Source: Convolutriloba macropyga
Taxonomy: Eukaryota
Assembly (NCBI RefSeq): GCF_964194025.1
Contig: NC_134472.1
Location: 67,518,001-67,582,000, forward strand
Reading direction: 5' to 3'
Length of the DNA stretch: 64,000 bases
Shown: positions 24,893 to 36,250 of the stretch, piece by piece
How positions within the stretch are numbered: position 1 is the first letter of the stretch
Layout: each line of letters begins with the position of its first letter
Translations under genes and position numbers: made by a program
Notes under the pieces: generated by a model
What the model saw: the letters and a program-made list of their open reading frames with translations, nothing else
Told to the model about the DNA's origin: nothing
Databases searched by the model: none

Positions 24893-25275
24893 ACCCAATG
24901 ATCAAATGTGTTTTGCGGACATATTTTTTAATAGTAAAGAATATTTGCATATCGATATGTAGTATATCTATAGCATAGTTACATAACCTTGAAACAAATG
25001 TTTTCGTAGTTCTCCTTTAATTTGATGAAGTTAATTGACAATATGTCTTCAATGTTTAAAATTTAAACTTAAAGCCATTTTTTATGCACGTCCATTTAAT
25101 TCAGCTTGATTTCATTGCAAGCTAACTATCTAACCCCTTTTTTCGATAAATCAGAAGTCAGAAAGTTTTACGATTTGGAGCTGAGTTATATGAAGTTTTT
25201 CAGAACTTTGATTTGGTGCTGAAACGCGCTTTTTGTTTGAATTTTTGTCAACTCTTTGAATCGAAGTCTTGAAAA

Positions 25276-25692
25276 ATGGCCAGAACTAAGCAGACAGCTA
25301 GAAAGACCACAGGTGGTAAAGCTCCCAGAAAGACTCTGGCTACAAAAGCAGCGAGAAAGATGGCCCCTTTGGGTATGCACGGAGGAATTAAGAAACCCCA
25401 CAGATACAGGCCAGGAACCGTAGCTTTGAGAGAGATCAGAAAGTACCAAAAAAGCACGGAGCTGTTGATCCGAAAGCTCCCATTTCAAAGATTGGTCAGA
25501 GAGATTGCTCAGAATTACAAGCCGGATTTGAAGTTTCAAAGCCAGGCAATTTTTGCATTGCAAGAAGCGGCAGAGAGTTATATGGTGAGCTTGTTCGAAG
25601 ATACGAATTTGTGTGCCATTCACGCCAAGAGAGTTACCATTATGGTGAGAGATTTGCAACTTGCTAGAAGAATCCGAGGTCATCAACATTGA
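25276..25692 (+). CDS. H3: Divergent histone H3 variant, intronless, 138 aa
   Basis: ARTKQTARK...[16 protein letters not shown]...[18 protein letters not shown] is unmistakably H3. About 20 substitutions and a 2-aa insertion versus canonical H3; ORF intact. Confidence 0.95.
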   Translation: MARTKQTARKTTGGKAPRKTLATKAARKMAPLGMHGGIKKPHRYRPGTVALREIRKYQKSTELLIRKLPFQRLVREIAQNYKPDLKFQSQAIFALQEAAESYMVSLFEDTNLCAIHAKRVTIMVRDLQLARRIRGHQH

Positions 25693-27981
25693 GGTTCACA
25701 ACAATCCAAGTTGAGCTCAGAGACTGTCAGATTAGTGCAGGTCTTAGTTAAGAAGGACTAAGCTATGAAGGACTAGCTTTTAGATCCAGAGAGATGTACT
25801 TTACAAATCTGAGATTTATATTTATAAATGGGCTATGAGTTATAAATGAGGCTTGGAAATACTGCTTTGGTTAAAGAGATCATATAGGAGAGTTTTGTTG
25901 ATAATTAAAAAATTTAAATTGTGGTTTTATTAATTGCCCTCGAACGAAGATAAGCAATTATTGTAAACGTGAGTCTTTTAAAGTGCACAATTTTTGCTTG
26001 AACGTTTTTGCGCTTTTCTCCTAAAACATTTTTTAAACTTCTTGAGTGTCTTTTTCACGCTGAGTTCCTAATTTTTTAGTGAACGAAGTTGCTCTCTTTC
26101 TGAAATTAAGTTTGTTGGTAAGATAAAAGCCATTGTGAGCTTTAAAGAGAAGACACCATTGTAACTCAATGATTAAGATGTTGGACTGGTATCCTGTTCT
26201 GGAGGTCCTCTTTTTTGATGAAACAAGAGATCGTTAACATTGGCTTAGCGTCTGTGATAGCTAAATTCTCTATGGCTAGCTTGTTTCTAATGTTACTCGA
26301 AGAAACAAATGTGGATTAGAGCTCAAAAATGCTCACATGTCTAGGCTTATTAGCCTCGAAAATATTAACCCACTAAACTGAATACTTAAATTTAATTTAA
26401 ATGAAAGTTAGAAATGTATAAAAAATGAAAGGACTGTTGTAGCTTCGCTAATTTTTTCAGTTTTTGTATGAATAAAAACATTCATCAATCAGTGGATCCA
26501 TGAAAACTTTTTACCCCATAGCTAAGAAAGATGCTTGACGAATAGATTGTTGGAAAGTACTCAATGTTTTACCGAACAGTATTGGAGAAAAATGAATAAT
26601 ATGACGAACAAAAATTGCTAAGTTTTTTTTTGAAGTTTGCCATAAAGTGTTATTCCATCTCAGCTTTCCTTAATGTACAGTGAGATATGATATGTCTTAT
26701 CAATAAAACAAAAATTAGGCAAAACTGTAGAAGCCACAAAATGCGGCGACACTGACCTAATTTAATTATCTTTCCAATACTCAAATTTTAACCTTCACTG
26801 ATTGTTTTCATTCAATTTTGACCGACTGATATTTTGGCGCAAACATGCAAAATTGTACCATTGATGACCTCATCGAAAACTAAGTCGGTCTTTTAAAGAG
26901 ACTTTTCAAATTTTTCTTGATTCTCTAGGAGAAATTGAGGCTTATTGATTTGTTTTATATTATTGATCTTTTGAGATGAAATCATTCTAAAAGAACATGA
27001 TTTCTGAACATCCGTTTTCTGAAAAAAATATTCTAGAGTATTTTTGAAAAAGAAAAAAATGGTTGACCAATTGCCTTTGACTTTAACACTCTTTTCTACA
27101 ATTTTTTTGTTTCGCTCGTAATTATTGCTATTTTTGGCCTTCTTTTCCCTAGATTTGCAACTTGAAAGTCTTATGGATTTGCAATTTAGAATTCGTATAT
27201 TAATTTTGAGTGTTTAAACTGATAGCTAATGTATTTTAGGACTTTTACATTTGGTTTCATAAAATGTTCGCGAAATTTTAGTTTGGTCCGTAGTTGTGGC
27301 CCTTTTGTTGTTCTAGCTGGCCCGTTATTCATTTCTCTTGTTGGGGCTTAATAGTGACAGGTTTATAACTGCTTAATAGTGACTTTCTAATGAGTCATAT
27401 GTATATCCGTTTAAGTGTTTCAGTTGAAAAGTTTTTAAAAAACTATACCTAAAAATTTTTGACTTTGATACTAGTTTTTGTCATTAATTTTTAATGAAGT
27501 TAGAGTTTGCAGTAATTGCTGTTTTTGTTGTTTTTCGCATAGTAACATTAATTAATTTAGAGGTCTCAAATCGTAGCAGGACACAAGAAATTTTTATGAG
27601 GTTCTTACTTTTATTTTTCATTTTTATACTAATTGAAAGTCAGTGGTCTGTTGATTTTGCCCGTGTCTGTGTTCTTTTTTTCTGTTCACTTAGCCACACT
27701 ATTGACGGATATCGTCTGTTGAGATTGTCTAATTACAATTAAGCGACTCTTTTTATAGCTTCAGCTGACTACAAGAGAAAAAAATTGTGATAAAAGTGTG
27801 AAAAAAATTGCGAAACGTTTTACATAAGTCACAATTTTCCCGTTTGACTTCTGACTTACTTCACTCACTGTTGCAACTGAATTGATTTTAAATTCTGTCA
27901 AGCATTGAATTACGCAATGTGGTGAATAATGTCAAAGTCAAAAGAGCAAAATCAAAGAGTCGGGATAAACCGATAGAGCCC

Positions 27982-28230
27982 TGTCATTAAGTCGTTGAGA
28001 ATTAGGTTATTGTTGCGGTGCAACATTAATTGAATCACTTGCTTAGAAATGCTTTATTATAACGCTTTATGCTTAAGAATCTCAAGCTCGAAAAGAACAA
28101 GTGAATGTGATAATATCGTTTGAAATTATGAATATTTGGTTTCAGCACGTGGTTAATTATCATTGTTTTCCTCATCTTGCTCGGATTGCATTGAAGGTCA
28201 TTGTATCAAAGGCTATTGTAAATCGTAACA
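27982..28230 (-). repeat. BEL 3' LTR (about 249 bp; distal boundary approximate)
   Basis: On the minus strand the PPT CAAGGAGGCCGGTA is followed by TGTTACG at 28230, there is an internal AATAAA, and a plausible ...ATGACA end at 27982. A 37-bp piece recurs at 34274-34310. Confidence 0.7.
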
Positions 28231-28397
28231 TACCGGCCTCCTTGAACTGGTTCAACTTTATTAATATATTATTGAAACTGGCTTTCTGGTTAAGTGGTCA
28301 ATTGCGTTAAATAGTTTTTTCAGCAACCCATCACAAGTTTATTGATACTTTCTTAAATTCAATCAGTTCTTGTTTGTCAGTTTTGTACAGTTGTAAT

Positions 28398-29699
28398 TTA
28401 CATTTCCTTGATGTCATTCCTCGTCTGCATCCTCTGTTGTTCATTCTCATCTGTGTCATCTTCCTTGTCAGATCTTAATGGCGGCATGTCATTATCGTTT
28501 TTCATTAACAAGACAAGCTTGTTGACTGGCCGTATAAATAGTCCAGATGATGTCTTCAATTCAACAACTCGAACTATTTTATCATTTCCATCAAAGACCT
28601 TTGTTATTCGTCCCATTGGCCACAGAGTGGGTGGCGTGTTCTCTTCCTTGATTATTACTACATCATTGATGTCAATATTTGTTTGTCCCGTTTGCCATTT
28701 TTTCCGTTATTGTAAATTTGACAAATATTCTGCTGACCACTTCTTCCAAAAGTCCCTGATAAGATGTTCCATCCTCTTCTTCTGTCGTGTCAGGGAAATT
28801 GTTTCTTTTCCTGTTGTTTTTGGTTCAGGCAATTCTGTGATTGGTCGTCCTATTAAAAAGTGTCCTGGTGTAAGTGCTAAGGCATCATTGGGATCATTTG
28901 AAACGGAGGTAATAGGCCGTGAATTTAAGATTGCTTCAATTTGTGCCAACAGTGTTGTGAAGTCTTCAAAAAACAGTTTTGTTTTTCCAATGCTGCGGTA
29001 CATGTGGCGTTTCAAGGATTTGACAGCGGCCTCCCATAGTCCTCCAAAATTTGGTGTTCTCGGCGGAATAACAAGCCAAGTAATATTGTTCTTGCCGAAT
29101 GTTGATATCAAAGCTTCGAACTCGTGAGTAGCTAAGGCTTGTCGAAACTCTCACTCTCCCTTGGTCCCAATGAAAGTTGTTGAGTTGTCGCTGTATATTT
29201 CGTCAGGAATACCTCGACGAGATACAAATCGTTTAATGGCTGCAAGACAGTCGTCCTTGGTCAGAGACATAACTGGCTCTATGTGAACTGCCTTCGTACT
29301 GAAGCAAATGAAAATTGCAATGTATGTTTTCAAAAGCGTTCGAGTTCCAGTTTTTGTGTAGAACGGTCCACAATAGTCGAGTCCGCAGTGACTGAACGCA
29401 AATGACGGCACTACTCGTTCTCGAGGTAGATCTCCCATCTGAGGCTGTAACAATTTGGCATCAAATCGGATACATGGCTTGCATCTGTATAAGACACCCT
29501 TCACTACAGAAAGCCCTCCAGGTATCCAAATAGTTCGTCGAAGCGTGTATAACGTCAATTGTGGTCCGCCGTGAAGATTTTTTTCGTGTGCTTCTCGAAA
29601 AAGCATTTCAGTGATCGGTGATTTTCTTGGAATAAGAACTGGAAATTTTCGGTCTATTGTGTAAGGTGAATTGGCTAGGCGTCCCCCAACTCGAATCAC
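28398..29699 (-). pseudogene. BEL/Pao integrase in three broken pieces
   Basis: HHCC, DDE core and C-terminal GRITKVF...VRVVELKT...RPVNKL. Confidence 0.9.
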
Positions 29700-29899
29700 T
29701 TTATTTTCTTCATCAAAAAATGTTGAAAGGCTGTTGAGACTGCTGCTTCTAGGAAATTTTTGTCTTCTATGTCTCCCCTTAGTGGCTGCTCCATAGGCGT
29801 TAACAAAACATTTTTTTCTCTGGTTTCGTCTTTGTTGAATTGATGTACTGTTTCGCTAGAATTGCCTGTATTCCCGGTAGACAGCATGTACAGTTGATC

Positions 29900-30450
29900 C
29901 CCAGGGCCCCCGGCCCAATCTATACCATGGCTGACATCATCCTTTGAGACCCCGACACCATCTACGCTGACAAGACATCCTGGGCCCCCGGCCCTACCTA
30001 TACCCAAGGAATTCGTAGATACTGAGCTCGCATTTTCACATGCGCCCCCGGCGCTGACATTACTAACTGGGTCTCGGCCCTACCTGTACCTAAGGAATTG
30101 GCAGAGGAAACTGAGCGCGCATTTTCACGTACGCCCTCGGTGCTGACAAGACTACCTGGGCCCCCGGCCCTACCTGTACCTAAGGAATTGGCAGTAGAAA
30201 CTGAGCTCGCATTTTCACCTGCGCCCCCGGCGCTGACATGACTACCTGGGCCCCGGCCCTACCTGTACCTAAGGAATTGGCAGCGGAAACTGAGCTCGCA
30301 TTTTCACCTGCGCCCCCGGCGCTGACATGACTACCTGGACCCCCGGCCGTACCTATACCTAAGGAATTGGCAGTAGAAACTGAGCTCGCATTTTCACCTG
30401 CGCCCCCGGTGCTGACAAGACTACCTGGGCCCCCGGCCCTACATATACCA
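29900..30450. repeat. GC-rich ~90-bp tandem repeat (about 5 units plus a degenerate one) inside BEL pol
   Basis: Unit cccccggccctacctgtacctaaggaattggcagtagaaactgagctcgcattttcacctgcgcccccggcgctgacatgactacctggg. Confidence 0.95.
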
Positions 30451-30458
30451 CCAAACCC

Positions 30459-32792
30459 CTATGGTCCAGTGAATTTGTTACCTTGCTGAATGTCTTGTTG
30501 TGTCGCATCTCTGCTGCTGTTGCTTGCATCGTCAGTGGGCTGATTCCTGATGATCTTGTATTCATGAAGAAAGTTTCGCTGTATGAAGCTGTACAGTTGA
30601 AGTCTTCCTTCGTATAAATCTTTCCCTTGTAAGGAGACTGAATTATAAGTCCGGATCATGGGTTGAGACGTAGACTCATTCCTATCAGTCGTTTCCTTTG
30701 GCGTTGAAGAGCATGCTTTTAAGCGTTCCGACATTTTTGTTGTCCGGTGTTTCACTTTTGAAGATTGAATTCTTCTCTTAATACTGCTGATGAACCTTTG
30801 GACATACGTAAACATCCTTTTAACTTTGTGTATTGAGGAATGCCGATTTATCATCAATAAAGTTGCGTTATCTAATTTTGATGAAATCATTGTCACGTTT
30901 TCAGATTGTACTTTTACTTCTTTTTCGGTCTCTTCTCCTGCAAGTGACAAAATGTCAAGTGAAGGCCAGGCGTTTTCAGGTTGCCGCAACCACTCTGGTC
31001 CATTCCAACAAAGCTTATGGTCCAATAAATCAGCTGCTGCTAATCCTCTTGAAGCACAATCCGCTGGATTATCTTCTGTTGGAACATGTTTCCAACTACC
31101 AGCTGGAATAATTTCTTGTATTTTCGCTACTCGGTTGGCGACAAATGTTTTCCATTTCCTCTGATAATCTCGCAGCCAGGCAATTGTAACCGTAGAATCT
31201 GACCACGCAAAAACCTTCGGAGTTGGAAACCGTTCATTGCTAATAGCATTTGTCACTGCCTCAACAAGCTTAGCTCCTAGCAGGGCAGCACAAAGTTCCA
31301 ACCTTGGCACACAAACTGATTTAATTGGTGCAACTCTCGTCTTTGCTGTAAGCATTTTTGTTTCAATGAAATTGTCTGTCTCCTGTCTGATGAAAACGAC
31401 AGCAGCATAAGCTGTAGTAGAAGCGTCGCAAAAGACGTGCAACTGCAAATCTGATTTTGTGGCTGGCTTGAGAACCGTTGAAGACTTAATTTTTTCAAGA
31501 TCCTTCAGTTGTGCTCGAAGTCGCAGGTACTGCTGTACAATTGGGTCTGATAAAGGTTGATCCCAGCTAAGTTTGTCCATCCACAACAGTTGAACAAAGG
31601 ATTTATGTTGAATAGTCGTTGGTGATAGCCATCCGAGTGGGTCAAATAAACGTGAAACTTCTGAGAGGATTTGCCGTTTAGTAAACGGAGCTCCCTTGTC
31701 AAGTTTTACTGTGAAACCAAATTGATCAGGATTTGGATTCCACCTTATCCCAAGCGTCTTAATGGCATAGTCTTCGCTTTCAATTATCTTCTCGTCTTCC
31801 GTTTCTCTGAAAGTGGCAGCTAGTCTTGATACAAGTTTTGAGTCGCTAGATACCCATTTCCTTATATCAAAACCTGCTGAAGCAAGAAGCGTAATAATGG
31901 CGTCCTGGAGCTTCTCTGCAGCTTTCGAATCTTCGCATCCTGTAAGTAGATCATCCACATACATATCAGTTGTTAGTGACAAACGAAGTTTATTGTTTGT
32001 TGTTTCTTCGGCAAGAACTTGCAGTGGTCGAATTGAATGAAAAGACGAAGAAGCAATGCCGTTTGTTACCCGAGTCATACGAAAGGTTTCAATCGCCTCT
32101 GAATTTGGATCTTTCCACAATAATCGGTGATAATCTTTGTCTTCTTTGTCCAATTCCACTTGCCTGTACATTTTTGCAATATCAGCAGAATGTGCTACTT
32201 GGTGTAGTCGAAATCGAACAAGAATGCTGAAAAGGTCTTTCAGAATTTTTGGTCCAACCATGAATCTGTCGTTAAGAGATATTCCTGTTGTTGTTTTTGC
32301 GGATCCGTCGAAAACGACCCTCAGCTTGGTGGTAGTGCTTGACTCCTTGAACACACAATGATGACAAAGATAGTAGCAGTTTTCAACAGGCTTGACAAGT
32401 TCTGATGTTGGAACTTTCTCCATGTGTTTGAGATGAAAGAACTCTCCAATGAATTCTGCGTATCTCTTATAAAGGTCGGGTTGTCTCTCCAGTCTGAATA
32501 GAAGACTGTGGAGTCGTTTTCGGGCTTGTTGAAGTGAATCTCCCAATGCTTTTGTCTCGTTCTTGAAGGGAAGTTTCACTGTGAAGCGACCTTCAGGGCT
32601 TCTTCTAGTTGTTTCCTTGAAGTGATCATCGCAGCGTTTTTCTTCGGCTGTCCAAAGCTGCGCTGCTGGAACTTCTTCTATTTCCCAAAAACGCTGCAAA
32701 TTTTCTGGCTCTGAAGAAACAAAGAAAGTCTGTAGATCGTTTGTATAGGTTTTGTCTGTCTGTTCCCTTCCAATAACGACCCAACCGAACAT
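30459..32792 (-). pseudogene. pol: BEL/Pao pol, RT-RNase H segment
   Basis: 777-aa ORF with Pao-type RT and RNase H motifs, flanked by stops. Confidence 0.92.
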
Positions 32793-32810
32793 TGATAGCC
32801 TATATGTTAT

Positions 32811-34297
32811 TCAACAGTTAGGCTCCTTTAGTCGATTTTTGCCAATCATTATATCTTCATAATGGGATGCTCCGATCAAGAGGTCAATTGATGACGGCTT
32901 GTTGAAGTCTGGGTCAGCAAGCTCCAACTCCTTTACTGTTTCCCATTGGCTGGTGTCAATGAACCGTGATGGCAGATTATCAGTCATTTTTGTCAAAATT
33001 GACGCACTAATTTTGACAGTGGACAATCTGTTCCTTGATGAGATAAGAAGATCCACGCGACCTTTGTTGTCTTGAACCGTCCCACCTAGTCCAAAAACTT
33101 TTGTGTTGCTGCTTTTCTTCTTCAATTGTAACCTTTGTACTGCTGATTCAGTTATGAGGTTGTTTTGTGAAGCTGAGTCTAGAAGTGCCCTAAGTAAAAT
33201 TGTCTCGTCGTGAACATTAACGGAAACAATTGCGGTTTGAAGAAAGACTTCTTCTGAAGTGCGTTGAGTCATAGCTCCTGTGAATTTGTTTTCATCCTTA
33301 GATTTTGCAATTGCTGTTGTTGTTATAGCGTTGTTCTTCTGTTTGTCATTTGCTTGAGTGCTGGTTGTTCCGCTAGTTGTTTGCTGATCGGTGTTTCTGT
33401 TGTGAATGTTTTCATGATGAAGAAGAGTATGATGCTTTCTACTAATTACTTGCATTTCGATCCATCACAATTTTCTGATCTGTGTCCCGGTCGCAGACAA
33501 TTGAAACAGAGTTTTCAAACCTTTATCAGCTCTGCACGTTCCCTTACTGAAAGGTTCTTGAACTTTCCGCATTTAAAAATTTTGTGCGTTTCTTCACAAC
33601 ATTCGCATTGTTGCTCGGAAGTCGCCAAATGTGTGTGCAAATGTCGTTGGTTCCCTTTCATTTGAGTTTTTGTCGCTCCTACTCCATTTGGCGCTGTTGC
33701 CTCGAGTGCTTGTGCGCGTTCCTCTAAGAAAAGTCTGAGCTCTGCATACCTTTGAGGTTCCTTGCCTTTTGAAGACAGCTCCCATTGTTTTCTTGTCTCT
33801 GTAGGCAGCTTCTCACTGATCAAGTAAACAAAAAAGACGTCTTGACTGTTGACTGATTCTCCCAAATTCTGCAAGGCAAGTCGATGTTCGTCCATTGCTT
33901 CATTTAAATTTCTTAAGTCTCTGGCATTATCGGTTGTCAGTGATCGATACGAAACAATTGAATGCAGGTGTGTGCGAATGATGATCCTCTTGTTCTCTTA
34001 TCTGTTTATCAGAGTATTCATAGCAATGTCGAAGTTGTGATCGGTAACTGGTATCGAGGCAAGCAGTTTGGCGGCATCACCTTTTACAGATGCTTTCAGA
34101 TACTGCAACTTCTGACTTCCTTGAAGAGAACTGTTGTCGATGACTGCTCCTTTAAACAAATCAAAGAACGAAGTCCATTCCATATAATTACCCGAAAAAA
34201 CTGGCAGATTGAGTTTTGGTAACTTGATGTTGGCTGAGTTCCTCATAGCATCGGAGATGCTATGTTGGCTTAGTTCCTCATCTTGCTCGGATTGCAT
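32811..34297 (-). pseudogene. BEL/Pao gag-protease fragments
   Basis: Gag core motif, zinc knuckles CECCEETH..C and CFNCLRPGH, HHTLLH, protease LRALLDSASQ. Confidence 0.88.
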
Positions 34298-36016
34298 TGA
34301 AGGTCATTGTGTTTGCTAGCTGACATTAGTATTAATCTTATTAGGTTTCAGTTTAGAACCTGAATTAAGTGTAGTTTTAGAATCTAACCAAAACTGCACG
34401 CTAAATTAGAATACTTTGAGTAAGTACTTTGAGAAGCACTGAAAAAAAAAACAGAAAAATTCGGTCAATTTGTCTTTTTTTTTTGTTTCAATCCCGATGT
34501 CATCAAGCACATCCACTGCGGCTATTTTCCGGCATTCTGTCGGCTATGTTTACTACTTTTTTGTGTATTTATATTAGTATCAGCAATGATAGGTCTGATT
34601 ATAAGTATGTTGGTGAGCCTTTGATATCTATGACACCACAAATTTTCAAAGCCCTAATTGAAATTCTTTTTATTGTCATTTTGTGTTTTTCATTTTGTGT
34701 TCATTGAAGGACTCCAGAAGCTTGGTAATCATTAAACAGACCAGTATTAAGTTTATAGATACTGAAAATTTATAATAATTATTTTGATCATTTTATTTGG
34801 ATTCTCTCCACTCGTACGTTTCCCCTCATACCATGATAAAAATGGTGATTTTGTTGGTCGGAAAACACACTGCGCAAAGCACAGCGATTGCAGATTTTTC
34901 TTGTTGTTGCCGTGAGGAGAACGTTTCAAACTATTACGAAAAACTACTTGAAACTATCTCTACTACGGAAAAATTAGAGAATGCCGCACGTGAACAAAAC
35001 ATTCTTCTTGCCTTGCAAAAAATTTACTCCTTGTTCTCGAGCTACTTCAGAGTAACGCGCGCATGGACAAAAAAACAGTGTCTCTTTCTTCTTTTGACTT
35101 TTGTTCAGCAGATTTGCCAAAACCCAAAAAATAATCGGGTCGAAAAATAGAGCCTAAATACTAGCCATTTGTTAAGCTGATGGCAGCTATTAAAAACTGT
35201 TATTTTGTAGGTCGGAAGACTGCGACTCACAGCCGATGCCAATCCCCCTTGTTTTCAAACTGTGCATAATTCCATTTTATTAGCTATTTGTTTTAATGAC
35301 AGATCGTTCACGAAAATAGTAAAATAATAGTGGGTAATTGATAGAGGTTTTGTTTTGTAAGCTATCACACATTTTGAAATTAGATTAATTGGTAAAGACT
35401 GAGCAGTAAATCTCCGTGTTATCTCTAAGCGAGCGTTGCTATTCTAATAAAAGCAGGGTTGCTGATTTTAATGTTTTCTCATAAACTCAATCAGTTATTG
35501 AAGATATCAAAGAGCCCAGGATTGTTCAGGTTACCAGCTTTTTGTCTGATCCCTTGAGTTTTGTTAAATTATCTCGAGGTTTGTGAAAATTTTATGTGAA
35601 ATTGATTTACTGGGGTAATTATTGAAACCGTGTGTTTATCCACATTTTTTTTGCTTCGCCGATTTTGTTATATTCTTCTGCTTGCTTGATTGATCTGGGT
35701 TTTCGTCACAGAAGGGATAAGCTGGTAAAGCTGAAGTGTCAGGTCGCTGTGTACATCAGAGCCGTAACGGGTGCTTGTTGAACGGGTCACCGAAGAATTT
35801 TGAATTAGAGCTTCTTTAACTATGATTTTTTCGGTTTGTCTCAATTCTGTGTTTATACCTATTATCAACTGAGCTTTCTCTTACCTTCGTGATCTGATTG
35901 GAGGTGTGACTTTCGATTGTTGTTCTGGTCTAGCTTTTTTGTGACTGTAGTTCAGAAATGTTCTTCAGGCTGGCTAAATTTTTTTGTTTCTGAATACCAA
36001 TACCAACTTTCTCATT

Positions 36017-36250
36017 GTTCCGACTCACCTTATTGGGGGAGCATTTAAATGCTCAACTGTTTGTTGGTTCAGTCAATTTTGGCCAATCGATATATTCATC
36101 GTAGAGAGTGGTATCAATCGAAAAGCCCATCCAGAGTAGAATATGTAATAAAAAGATTGTTATTACGATGTGCAAAATTTTGTGAACATTTGACTGATTT
36201 CCGTTTTGGTTCACATTTTGGAGAAATCTTTTTTTTTCAAACTATTTCTG
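36017..36250 (+). mobile_element. Family A 5' fragment
   Basis: gttccgactcacc...ttcagtcaattttggccaatcgatatattcatcgtagaga matches 14627 and 50057. Confidence 0.6.

Larger units (their letters stand above)
27982..34310 (-). mobile_element. Decayed BEL/Pao LTR retrotransposon, 5' end rearranged
   Basis: Gag KLPKLNLPVFSG...W and CCHC knuckles; protease ALLDSAS; RT KLRVVFDGS, ADIAKMYRQV, YVDD; RNase H LHVFCDAS, PRLELCAA, NPADCASRG; integrase RVGGRL, GLDYCGP, SDNST, GGLWEAAVK, ALTPGHFLIG. Several stops and frameshifts. Confidence 0.95.

Noticed and set aside
25340-25375. K27M oncohistone-like mutation in the H3 variant
   Set aside because: K27 is retained; the Met is at position 28 (ARKM), so this is not K27M.
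25186-25689. 167-aa and 69-aa ORFs antisense to H3
   Set aside because: Shadow frames of the histone coding sequence.
25276-25692. Centromeric CenH3/CENP-A
   Set aside because: The N-terminal tail is canonical-like, loop 1 is not lengthened, and Q68, F84 and T107 are retained.
28168-34310. 37-bp direct repeats flanking the BEL element, read as a long TSD or circularly permuted integration
   Set aside because: The left copy lies inside the 3' LTR (PPT plus TG start at 28230), so the right copy is a 5' LTR remnant.
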